Source: Planctomycetota bacterium (GTDB lineage Bacteria > Planctomycetota > UBA8108 > SXIK01). Taken from it: a stretch of DNA of 64,000 nt. Of this stretch, positions 1-8,406 are shown one piece after another; position 1 is the stretch's first letter; each line of letters opens with the position of its first letter. Below the pieces are notes generated by a model. That model was not told the origin of the DNA. It searched no databases and was given only the letters and a program-made list of their open reading frames with translations. The DNA is taken from positions 7,520,001-7,584,000 of the forward strand of contig OZ244999.1 in assembly GCA_965223265.1 (NCBI GenBank), read 5' to 3'. The translations under genes and the position numbers were made by a program.

Positions 1-225
1 CTGCAGCGCATGGGCCCGACGCTGGTCTGCTCCGCGATCACGGAGAACGAGCGTCTCGCCGCCGACTTGGCTTCAGCCACGCATGTTGATCGTCTTAACA
101 TCGGCGCCATACCGACCATCAAGCTCGACTGGCTGCAGCCGCACGAGGGCAACATCGTCGAGTTCCTCTTCCGATCGCGGGCCTACCAAACGTCGCCAGC
201 GCGGCTCACGGCTGCTACCAGCTGA
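1..225 (+). CDS. C-terminal fragment of an aldehyde dehydrogenase-like protein (EhpG/GriD-like acyl-reductase type), truncated by the window edge
   Basis: Open frame runs from the window start to TGA at 223-225. The peptide GPTLVCSAIT...DRLNIG.IPT...W.QPHEGNIVEFLFR.RAYQ resembles the C-terminus of ALDH-like proteins that accompany EhpF-like genes. Confidence 0.65.
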   Translation: MQRMGPTLVCSAITENERLAADLASATHVDRLNIGAIPTIKLDWLQPHEGNIVEFLFRSRAYQTSPARLTAATS

Positions 226-307
226 GAGTCGCACGCTACGGTGCGCTCGCGAACCGTTCTTTTCGCGACGTTCCGTCCACTCAAGTGGACGCTGCTCAAC
301 GCCAGCC

Positions 308-1432
308 TCAATAGACGCCGACGGTGGTCCCCGAAGCGAGCTGGCTGAACGGCCGGACGCCGCTGACTCCGTCCCACGGATAGAGCTCGTGCGGCGGTTC
401 ACGCTCGCCCTCGTCGCGCTCGAGAAAACCAGGCACGAAGAGCTCCTTGGTCAGCGTCGTCAAACGAACACGTCCTGTTCCGCCGTAATCGACCACGCGT
501 GACGGATCGTCAAAATCAACGACCTCGACCACGGCACGCGGCTGCGGGGCATAGTAGGCGATCTTGTAGCCGTCGTCCGGCGTCACGGGCTTTGAGCACG
601 CGAGCCCCATGAGCGTGTTGCCATAGGTCGGCGTCATGTAGACACCGCTCGTGAGCAGCTCTTCCATAGCGAACCGAGTCCACTGCGGCGTGAACTCGGT
701 GCCACCGGAAAAGATTCCGGTGATTCCGCTCGCGGCGATGCTGGTGCCCTGCTTCTCGAGCTCGAGGGCCAATGCCTCGAGGAGCTTCGGCGTGGTGAAA
801 AGGCATTTGATCTCGTGCCCAGCGCTAAGCAGCGTTACCGCTTGGTCCGTGACGTGCTGTTTGTACGCCTCGAGCTCGCGCGACCACCCCTTCTTGATCA
901 TCTTGATGACCCAACGGGGATCGAGGTCAACGCAGAAGCAGATGCCGCCACGGTGCTGGCAAAGGTGCTCGACCGCCAGTCGCAACCGGCGCGGCCCCGA
1001 CGGCCCGAGCATGAGCCAGTTCGCACCGCGCGGAAAGTACTCGTCGGGAAGAGTTTTGCTGAACTCCTCGTAATCGATGCGAAAGTCGTCCCAGACAACG
1101 CGACTCTTCGGTACTCCCGTCGTGCCGCCAGTCTCGAAAACAAACGCCGGTTTGTCGGCGTACTGCTTAGGCATCCAGCGCCGCACCGGTCCGCCGCGGA
1201 GCCAATCATCCTCGAAGAGTGGAAATTTCTTCAAATCGGAGAACGAGCTCACCTCTCGGCGTGGGTCCCACCCGAGCTTCGCGGCGTAATCGAGCCAAAA
1301 GGGACAACCGGTGTCCGGATTGAAGTGCCACTCGATCATCTCGCGCACGCGCGCATCGAGCTGCTCCCGAGCGTTTGTGGCGGCGGCTTGAAGCTGTGGT
1401 GGAATCCCGGTGGTTGCAGTCTCTGCGTTCAC
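308..1432 (-). CDS. EhpF/GriC-like AMP-binding (adenylate-forming) protein
   Basis: 374-aa ORF. Motifs WHF.P.TGCPFW, P-loop-like FETGGTTGVPK, GPSGP, DLDPRWV, YGNTLMG and FLERDE are typical of EhpF/GriC-like proteins. Confidence 0.75.
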   Translation of the reverse strand: MNAETATTGIPPQLQAAATNAREQLDARVREMIEWHFNPDTGCPFWLDYAAKLGWDPRREVSSFSDLKKFPLFEDDWLRGGPVRRWMPKQYADKPAFVFETGGTTGVPKSRVVWDDFRIDYEEFSKTLPDEYFPRGANWLMLGPSGPRRLRLAVEHLCQHRGGICFCVDLDPRWVIKMIKKGWSRELEAYKQHVTDQAVTLLSAGHEIKCLFTTPKLLEALALELEKQGTSIAASGITGIFSGGTEFTPQWTRFAMEELLTSGVYMTPTYGNTLMGLACSKPVTPDDGYKIAYYAPQPRAVVEVVDFDDPSRVVDYGGTGRVRLTTLTKELFVPGFLERDEGEREPPHELYPWDGVSGVRPFSQLASGTTVGVY

Positions 1433-1658
1433 GGCTGCGCACTCTCAGAAGAAGGTCTTGTCGAACGATCGGGGTCCCTGCGGCGGTGTAGACGAAACGG
1501 GCGAATCACCATACCCGAGCCCCGACGGTCAGACAACCCTGACGTCACGCGCAAGCGACCGCACAGCGTGCAGACGTCCGCTTCAAGCTAGTCTAAACAG
1601 CCCTGGAGTGCGGAACCCATCGGGCCAGGCGGGGCGACAGGGACAAGTCGGGTCAGCG

Positions 1659-2774
1659 TTAGTCGAGCGCCAGGTTCGAAGCCTTCAGAACCGTCTCCTG
1701 CACAGCGTCGTCATGGTCGTACGAGTACCGAAACTCGGCCTCACCCCGGATCGCCCGGGCGAGTTCGGCAGCGTCTCCCACATAGCGCCGATACGGCGGA
1801 AAACGCACGTCCTGATAACCCTTGGTGTACTGACCGCGCGGGCCGGCGAGAGCCAGGCGTACAGCCGGCCGGTCGAGAGGCTCGATGTGGATCGTCCCTT
1901 CGGTCCCACAAAGAACGAAGTGGCGCCGTGCAAAGCCCTCGACCTCCTGCGCACTCGACTTGATGCTGGCGATGGCCTTCGGATATTCACAAACGGCCAG
2001 CATGTTGTCGTTGAGATTGTCATCGCGCTGTGAAGCATGCCGCACGAACGGAGTCACGTTTGTCGGTCGACCAAGGACACCGACGACGAGATCGATGATG
2101 TGACAACCGAGCTCGAACATCATGCCGCCAGGATAGGTCGCGAGCTCCTGCCGTGAGGCGTTGCCCACGACCTTACTCATCACCGTGTGAATCTCGAACG
2201 GCTCCCCGAGCCAGCCTTTGGCGAGAAGTTCGTGCATGAGCACAACGCCTGGGTTGTACCGATACATGTAACCCATCTGTACGAGAAGCTTCTTCGCCTT
2301 CGCTTTGGCTACGATGCGACGGAAATGGGGCAATGAGGATCCCGCGGGTTTGTCGAGGTGAATGTGCATCCCCGCATCGATACACGCCTGCGCGTTGTCG
2401 AGCAGGTCGCGCACCTTCGTCTCCACCGCGACGAGCTGCAGGCCAGGGACATTCAGAAGCTCATCCCGCGACATCCACGGTACTCCGGAGTAAGTCTTCG
2501 AGCTCTCGGCGCGCTTCTTGAGTTCCGAATCGGGTTCGACCACGCCCACCACTTCGTACTCTGGCGACTCCCTATAGACGGCCATCTTCCCGGCAGCATG
2601 GCCGTGACCAACGCCGATCTGGCCGACCTTAATCCTCTCCCGCTGCACACCACCCAGCAGACGAGCCCCAAGTCCCGTCGCCACACTCACCGAGGCCGAC
2701 TTCCTGAGGAACGAACGTCTTGAGACGGTGGCTGAACCAAGACTGCTAACGCTTTCAGAACCAAAGTGCTGCAT
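1659..2774 (-). CDS. Gfo/Idh/MocA family oxidoreductase with Tat signal
   Basis: SRRSFL twin-arginine motif, Rossmann KVGQIGVGHGHA, HIHLDKP, QMGYMYRYNP and GGMMFELGCHIID. Confidence 0.9.
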   Translation of the reverse strand: MQHFGSESVSSLGSATVSRRSFLRKSASVSVATGLGARLLGGVQRERIKVGQIGVGHGHAAGKMAVYRESPEYEVVGVVEPDSELKKRAESSKTYSGVPWMSRDELLNVPGLQLVAVETKVRDLLDNAQACIDAGMHIHLDKPAGSSLPHFRRIVAKAKAKKLLVQMGYMYRYNPGVVLMHELLAKGWLGEPFEIHTVMSKVVGNASRQELATYPGGMMFELGCHIIDLVVGVLGRPTNVTPFVRHASQRDDNLNDNMLAVCEYPKAIASIKSSAQEVEGFARRHFVLCGTEGTIHIEPLDRPAVRLALAGPRGQYTKGYQDVRFPPYRRYVGDAAELARAIRGEAEFRYSYDHDDAVQETVLKASNLALD

Positions 2775-3081
2775 GATCTCCCCCGGACGCTGGTAGTTGG
2801 TCGTGTGGTTGAGCTAGTTCGCCGACTCGGCAGCTTCGTTCGGTTCTGTAGGCCATCCGTGCGACAGATTCGCGCGAGATACGCCTACGGGTCGCCCACG
2901 GGGCGACGCGTGGCGCTATGCGCTGCGAAACTTCGTCCGTGCCGAACGATTTGCAACTCGCATGGTTAGACGTTTCACTGCCACCCCGACGTTTGGCGCA
3001 AAAACCGAAGTTTAGCTGGAACCCATCGAACCGACTGACGTAGCTTATTATGCCGCACCAACCAAAACCGGTCGAAGCAAA

Positions 3082-3915
3082 ATGAAGCTCTATAGAACTC
3101 GCCAGAGCCCCCTCCTCGCAGTTCAGAATCGTTTTTTCTCCGTCGATGACGTCTCCTGGGACGAACTCTTCGCGATGGACGATCCTGGTTTGCACCTGCG
3201 CAACTACGTCTCGCGCAAGCCTCTCGATGAGAACTTCGAACTGCGAACGATCGAGCTCTTGGCACCGATCGTTTCGCAGGAGGTGTGGGCGGCAGGAGTC
3301 ACCTACTACCGCAGCCGTGACGCCCGCATGGCAGAGTCGAGCGAAGCCGGTGGGAGCGACTTCTACGACCGCGTCTACGACGCACCGCGCCCGGAGCTCT
3401 TTTTCAAGGCGTCGGCGCATCGCGTCGTGGGCCCAGGTTCGTCGGTTCGCGTCCGAAGCGACTCCAAGTGGAACGTTCCTGAACCTGAGCTGACGCTGGC
3501 GATCACGCGGGCCGGACACATCTTCGGTTACACGATCGGCAACGACATGAGCTCCCGTGACATCGAAGGGGAAAACCCGCTGTATCTGCCGCAGGCGAAG
3601 GTCTACGATCGCAGCTGTGCGCTCGGCCCGTGCATTCTCATCACCCAACAACCACTACCGAAAACGACGGAGATCCGACTCGAGATCCGGCGTCAAGGTG
3701 AGAAGGCGTTCGCCGGATCGACGACTCTCGCGCAGCTGAAGCGCGAGCCGCAAGAGCTCGTCGACTACCTGATGCGCGATAACAGCTTCCCACACGGGTG
3801 TTTTCTTATGACGGGCACCGGCATCGTGCCGGACGATCGTTTCTCTCTGGAGCCAAGTGACGAAATCCGCATCGAGATCGATCCAATTGGACGCTTGACC
3901 AATCGCGTCAAGTAG
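3082..3915 (+). CDS. Fumarylacetoacetate hydrolase family protein (2-keto-3-deoxypentonate dehydratase, XylX/KdxD-like)
   Basis: [52 protein letters not shown] and MTGTGIVP. Lies directly upstream of a KGSA dehydrogenase-like gene. Confidence 0.85.
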   Translation: MKLYRTRQSPLLAVQNRFFSVDDVSWDELFAMDDPGLHLRNYVSRKPLDENFELRTIELLAPIVSQEVWAAGVTYYRSRDARMAESSEAGGSDFYDRVYDAPRPELFFKASAHRVVGPGSSVRVRSDSKWNVPEPELTLAITRAGHIFGYTIGNDMSSRDIEGENPLYLPQAKVYDRSCALGPCILITQQPLPKTTEIRLEIRRQGEKAFAGSTTLAQLKREPQELVDYLMRDNSFPHGCFLMTGTGIVPDDRFSLEPSDEIRIEIDPIGRLTNRVK

Positions 3916-4062
3916 GTCAGCGTTGCAGGGCGGTGTACGGCGATGCGGCTCGGTTTCTGACCGGCTGCGCGTCCGCCGCGCTCAACAAAAGAGCGAGGGG
4001 ATGACGACGATCGGTCCCCTCCGAGACGTGTGACATCGAACTTTCAACAGGTGACTCACCGC

Positions 4063-5655
4063 ATGCAACTTCACGGCAAAAACTTCATCGCTGGTTCGCT
4101 TTCAGCCTCGCAAGGCGATACCTTCCGAGGCGTCAACCCGGCCACAAGCCAAGAGCTGGAGCCGTCGTTTCCGGAGTCGACCATGGCTGACGTCGACACC
4201 GCCCTGCAGGCGGCAGCCGATGGGTTCGACGCCGTGCGCAGCGTTTCGGCAGACGATCGTGCGGCCTTTCTCGACCGCATTGCTGAAGAAATCCTGGCGC
4301 TCGGGGACGCGCTGATCGAGCGAGCAGGCGAGGAGTCTGGACTCCCGGCGGCACGTTTGACCGGAGAGCGCGGCCGAACAGTCGGCCAGATTCGCGCCTT
4401 CGCCGACGTCGTCCGTGAAGGTTCATGGGTGGATGCCTGCATCGACCACGCCATCCCCGACCGCGAACCGCTCCCGAAACCGGACGTGCGGCGCATGTTG
4501 ATTCCTCTTGGTCCCGTCGCAGTTTTTGGCGCCAGCAACTTTCCGCTCGCGTTCTCGGTTGCCGGAGGCGACGCAGCCTCCGCGCTCGCCAGTGGTTGCC
4601 CGATTGTCGTCAAGGCGCACCCCGCACATCCGGGGACGTCAGAACTCGTCGCTGCGGCGATCGACAAGGCCGCAAAGGCAACGAACATGCCCGCCGCCAT
4701 CTTTTCGATGCTCCACGGGCGAAGTCATTCTGTCGGTCTCGGACTGGTGGAGCACGACGCGACGAGCGCCGTTGGGTTCACCGGGTCTCTAGGCGGCGGC
4801 CGCGCCCTCTTCGACGCCGCAGCGCGGCGAATGAACCCGATACCGGTGTACGCGGAGATGGGCAGCACCAATCCTGTCTTCATGCTGCCGGGCGCCCTTG
4901 CCGAGCGCGGCGAGCAACTGGCCGCTGGCATGCAGCAATCAGTGACGCTTGGCGTTGGGCAGTTCTGCACCAATCCCGGCCTCGTTGTGTGCGAGAAAGG
5001 TGCCGCACGCGACAAGTTTGTCGACGCTCTGCAGAGCGCGATCGAAGCGTCGGCGCCCGCGACGATGCTACACGGCGGCATCCGCGACAGCTACGAGGCG
5101 GGCATCAAGCGGCTCAGTTCGACAGCCGGCGTCAGTGTTCTCGCCGCGTCGAGCCAATCCTGCGATGCCACCAAAACCGAGGCTGGCGCCGCTCTGTTCG
5201 GGACTGACGCTGCCGCCTTCCTCGCTGACCAAACGCTAGCAGAGGAGGTGTTCGGACCGTCGACTGTGCTCGTCAACTGCGGCTCGCGGGAAGAACTCGA
5301 ACGCATCGCTTCCAGTCTCGACGGCCATTTAACGGCGACCGTTCATGGCACGCCTCAAGACTTGAAGGACTATGCTTCCTTGGTGTCGATTCTCGAAAAG
5401 AAAGTCGGCCGACTCATCTTCAACGGCTTCCCGACGGGAGTCGAAGTCTGCCCGTCGATGCATCACGGCGGTCCCTATCCAGCGACGACGGACGGACGCA
5501 CCACGTCCGTCGGTACGGCGGCCATCACACGTTTCGCTCGCCCTCTCTGCTACCAAGGCTGGCCGAACGAGTCGCTGCCAGAAGAACTCCGCGACGACAA
5601 CCCGCGCGGGATCTGGCGACTCGTGGATGGCGAGCGGACTCGGGCGACGTCCTGA
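4063..5655 (+). CDS. NADP-dependent aldehyde dehydrogenase (alpha-ketoglutarate semialdehyde dehydrogenase-like)
   Basis: VFGASNFPLAFSVAGGD, GFTGS..GG, EMGSTNP, catalytic GQFCTNPG, EEVFGP and HGGPYPATTD. ATG at 4063 chosen; the ORF opens at 4030. Confidence 0.9.
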   Translation: MQLHGKNFIAGSLSASQGDTFRGVNPATSQELEPSFPESTMADVDTALQAAADGFDAVRSVSADDRAAFLDRIAEEILALGDALIERAGEESGLPAARLTGERGRTVGQIRAFADVVREGSWVDACIDHAIPDREPLPKPDVRRMLIPLGPVAVFGASNFPLAFSVAGGDAASALASGCPIVVKAHPAHPGTSELVAAAIDKAAKATNMPAAIFSMLHGRSHSVGLGLVEHDATSAVGFTGSLGGGRALFDAAARRMNPIPVYAEMGSTNPVFMLPGALAERGEQLAAGMQQSVTLGVGQFCTNPGLVVCEKGAARDKFVDALQSAIEASAPATMLHGGIRDSYEAGIKRLSSTAGVSVLAASSQSCDATKTEAGAALFGTDAAAFLADQTLAEEVFGPSTVLVNCGSREELERIASSLDGHLTATVHGTPQDLKDYASLVSILEKKVGRLIFNGFPTGVEVCPSMHHGGPYPATTDGRTTSVGTAAITRFARPLCYQGWPNESLPEELRDDNPRGIWRLVDGERTRATS

Positions 5656-5864
5656 GTGCGACCCGGTCCTGACGGTCCCAGGTAGAGCATTCCCCCGAAG
5701 CGGGTCGGGTCCGTCCGAGTTCCGTGTCGTCTTCTAACGCTAACCGAGGCGCGTTCCCAGAATCGCTCCCGCCTCTTCGTACGTCGACGGAATTCGACAC
5801 GGAGCTACCGCCGCGGAACCAAACGGCTCAAGTCGAGCGTGAGCGCTATCTGAATGCCATCGAT

Positions 5865-6440
5865 TCAGAAGTAGTCAGGCTCGTTTCCGGCCTTCCACTT
5901 GATGTTGCAACCAACACTGTTCTTTTGATCTTGTGAAGGAGTGTCGCCGCGAACGACCGCGTCGAGTGCGGCGCGCAGATCCGCACCAGTCACCGGCACA
6001 CCACTCTCCGGACGACTTTCGTCGTATTGGCCTCGGTACACGAGCCGGTGGCCCTTGTCGTAGAGAAAGAAATCAGGAGTGCACGCCGCGCGGTATTCCT
6101 TCGCCACCTCTTGCGTTTCGTCGTAGAGGTATGGAAACGTGTAGCCGACAGCTTTCACTTCTTCTGCCATCTTTTCGGCGCTATCGTCAGGGTGCGTCGT
6201 GACGTCATTCGAGCTGATGCCGACGCACGCAACACCGCGCTCTTGGTACTCCGTCGTGAGGCGTGCGAGGTCATCACGCAAGTGCTTGACGTAAGGACAA
6301 TGGTTGCAGATGAAGAAAACGCAAATTGGCTTGCCGGCGAAATCGTCGCGACGCACCGTTTGCCCTGTGGTGACGTCGGGTAAAGCGAAGTCCGGCGCTG
6401 GCGTGCCAAGGGCAACCATGGTGGATGGCTTGAGGACCAT
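5865..6440 (-). CDS. Thioredoxin-like / AhpC-TSA family redoxin
   Basis: G..APDF.LP, FICNHCPYV, YPYLYDETQEVA-like segment, ACTPDFFL and GCNIKWK. GGAGAG RBS precedes the ATG at 6440. Confidence 0.9.
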   Translation of the reverse strand: MVLKPSTMVALGTPAPDFALPDVTTGQTVRRDDFAGKPICVFFICNHCPYVKHLRDDLARLTTEYQERGVACVGISSNDVTTHPDDSAEKMAEEVKAVGYTFPYLYDETQEVAKEYRAACTPDFFLYDKGHRLVYRGQYDESRPESGVPVTGADLRAALDAVVRGDTPSQDQKNSVGCNIKWKAGNEPDYF

Positions 6441-6590
6441 GAAGCTCTCCGCTGTGAGTGGCCAAAAGAGTCGGGTTTGAATGAACGAGTTGTTGACAGT
6501 TCGTTGGAAGATGGCGCAGGGCGCGCGACGCATCAAGCTCGTTATTGCAATGACTCCGAAGTTCGAAACGCGAGGGCAAGCAACGACGGC

Positions 6591-7865
6591 TCACTTCGCC
6601 TTGAATGGACTGCGTTCTGGTGCCTCCGCATGCGGAACCACTCGCAGTAGTTTCCTGACGACAAAGTTGACGAACGGAAGTCGATGACGGAGCCAGCAAC
6701 GAAACGGTACAGGCTCTGCCCCAAGCCGGGACTTGGGCTCGAGTGCGGTGCGGCCGAACGAAACGCGCCGACAGCCAAGCCGCATGGCGTCTTCCACGGT
6801 AGCGTAAAGCAAACGCAAGTAGACGGGAGCTGACTCGTTCGCAGCTCGGTCGTAGCCGATGTAATAGGCCACGGCCGTGTCCTCGTCGTCTCTCAGTGTA
6901 GTCACGAATCCATGCAAGCGGTCAGCGTCACGCACGACTGTGCAGCGAAAGTCACCGCCAAGCGCCTGCGAAAGCCGACCGAGATACTCGGGCGCCAGAG
7001 AGACGAGCCGGACGCTCGCTTCGGCCCGCACCTGCTCGTAGAGACCATGAACCGCGTCCGTGTGTCGATGCACGTCACCAAGCTCTTCGACCGTGAGTCC
7101 AGCCGCGTCGATCTGGCGAAACACTTTCCTCGCCGCTTTGCGGTAGCGAGCATTCAAAGCACCGAGGTAATCGTCGAACGTGTGGCAATCAGCAGGGAGA
7201 GTGAGGAGCATATTCGGCTCGGTCTCCAGGGGGCGATAGCTGAAACGTTTGAGTGCGTCGATCCCCACCTCCGTGTCATCATGGAGATCCTTGACCAAGA
7301 TTAGATCGGTCTGTCCAGAAAGGCGATCAGCACGCCGAATCCGGTAGAGCGCCTCAGCGACCCCAGGCCAGACGTCGTCAGGACGTTCACCGCGGCGAAA
7401 CGCGACACCATGCGTGCCCCATGAAAGAAGATTGCCACAGACGAGAGTACGTACCGTGACGCGCTCGGTGATTTTTTTCAGCGCGTCGGTTGAAGCAGGC
7501 GCAGGACGCTCGGCACTCGCGCCCTCTGCCGAGGGAGCGCCCACCTCTGAATCGTCGCCGTCCTTGTAGAGCTGAGACGCAGAGATGGTCAGAAGCTGCG
7601 CCGAGACAGCTGCCACCGGCTTCTCGTGACGAAAAACCAGGGCATAGCGCGGCTGTAGTCTCGGCGGCGGAGCTAACTCCAACGCCTCCAGGTACCGCCG
7701 GCTCATGAATATGGACGCGTCGGTGAGAACGGAGTCCCACGGTTCGGGCGGCACGAAACGAATGCTGTCGGCGAGCAAGAACTGAAAGCCGCTGGGACGA
7801 TGGCGGTCACGATGGCGCCTGTGCGTCTCGCCGAGTTTTCGAGCGGCCTTCTTTCTCTTCGCCAT
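6591..7865 (-). CDS. GNAT/FemAB-like acyltransferase family protein
   Basis: FDDYL..L..RYRK, V..LYEQV, YYIGYD, YLRLLY..VEDA and FGRTALEPK.RLGA. Strong RBS GGAGAGAGG precedes the ATG at 7865. Confidence 0.75.
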   Translation of the reverse strand: MAKRKKAARKLGETHRRHRDRHRPSGFQFLLADSIRFVPPEPWDSVLTDASIFMSRRYLEALELAPPPRLQPRYALVFRHEKPVAAVSAQLLTISASQLYKDGDDSEVGAPSAEGASAERPAPASTDALKKITERVTVRTLVCGNLLSWGTHGVAFRRGERPDDVWPGVAEALYRIRRADRLSGQTDLILVKDLHDDTEVGIDALKRFSYRPLETEPNMLLTLPADCHTFDDYLGALNARYRKAARKVFRQIDAAGLTVEELGDVHRHTDAVHGLYEQVRAEASVRLVSLAPEYLGRLSQALGGDFRCTVVRDADRLHGFVTTLRDDEDTAVAYYIGYDRAANESAPVYLRLLYATVEDAMRLGCRRVSFGRTALEPKSRLGAEPVPFRCWLRHRLPFVNFVVRKLLRVVPHAEAPERSPFKAK

Positions 7866-8033
7866 CCTCTCTCCGTGAAACATCTCTTCGGATTGCTCTG
7901 GATTATAGCGAGGACGCACCGCGAACGAATAGTTCCATCGCCTGAAGGCGGGGAGGCCTAAGTGTCCCGGCGCCTCGTCACGGAGCGCCGAACGCGCTGC
8001 ACGGCTGAGAATTCTTCAAAACGCCCGTCGAAA

Positions 8034-8220
8034 CTCACGGTCACGGCTCACGATTCACCGTCCACGGTCATGGTCACGGTCCCTACAGTTGCATAAGTTT
8101 TCGCAAGAAGGGCTCGGAAATCGTCCCGCGCGCCGTTGTTGACTCCAAGCGACGTCGCGCGTACGCCACGCACTCGCAGTCCCACTCCCACGCCCACTCG
8201 CACTCGGGAACGGGAACGCA
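8034..8220. repeat. Two degenerate short-unit tandem tracts (TCACGG-like at about 8034-8082; CACTCG/CACTCC then GGGAAC at about 8171-8218)
   Basis: Read directly: ctcacg gtcacg gctcacg attcacc gtccacg gtcatg gtcacg, and cactcg cagtcc cactcc cacgcc cactcg cactcg ggaacg ggaacg. Confidence 0.6.
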
Positions 8221-8298
8221 GGGTCCGAACCGGGTACATAGGTGACAGAATAGACCGGCGACATAGGTGACACTTCAGTCCCACGACATGGGTGACAC
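8221..8298 (-). mobile_element. Insertion-sequence end remnant, IS481-like (three transposase-binding-type repeats)
   Basis: ACAT(A/G)GGTGACA occurs at 8236, 8261 and 8286, an exact 25-bp period. The minus strand reads TGTCACC(C/T)ATGT three times and encodes EVSPMSPV, resembling IS481-family transposase 3' ends. No transposase is adjacent. Confidence 0.6.
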
Positions 8299-8406
8299 CG
8301 GTCGGCTATTCGTGGTCCACCGCTTTCGAGCGCTGACGGAGACGCCAAGTCGACCTGGCGACGAACCTCCGAGCTCGCACTTGACAGGCGCGGCGCGGTT
8401 GGCAGC

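Noticed and set aside
8236-8297. Possible mini-CRISPR array (three direct repeats)
   Set aside because: The 12-bp repeats and 13-bp spacers are far too short, and there are no cas genes. An IS end fits better.
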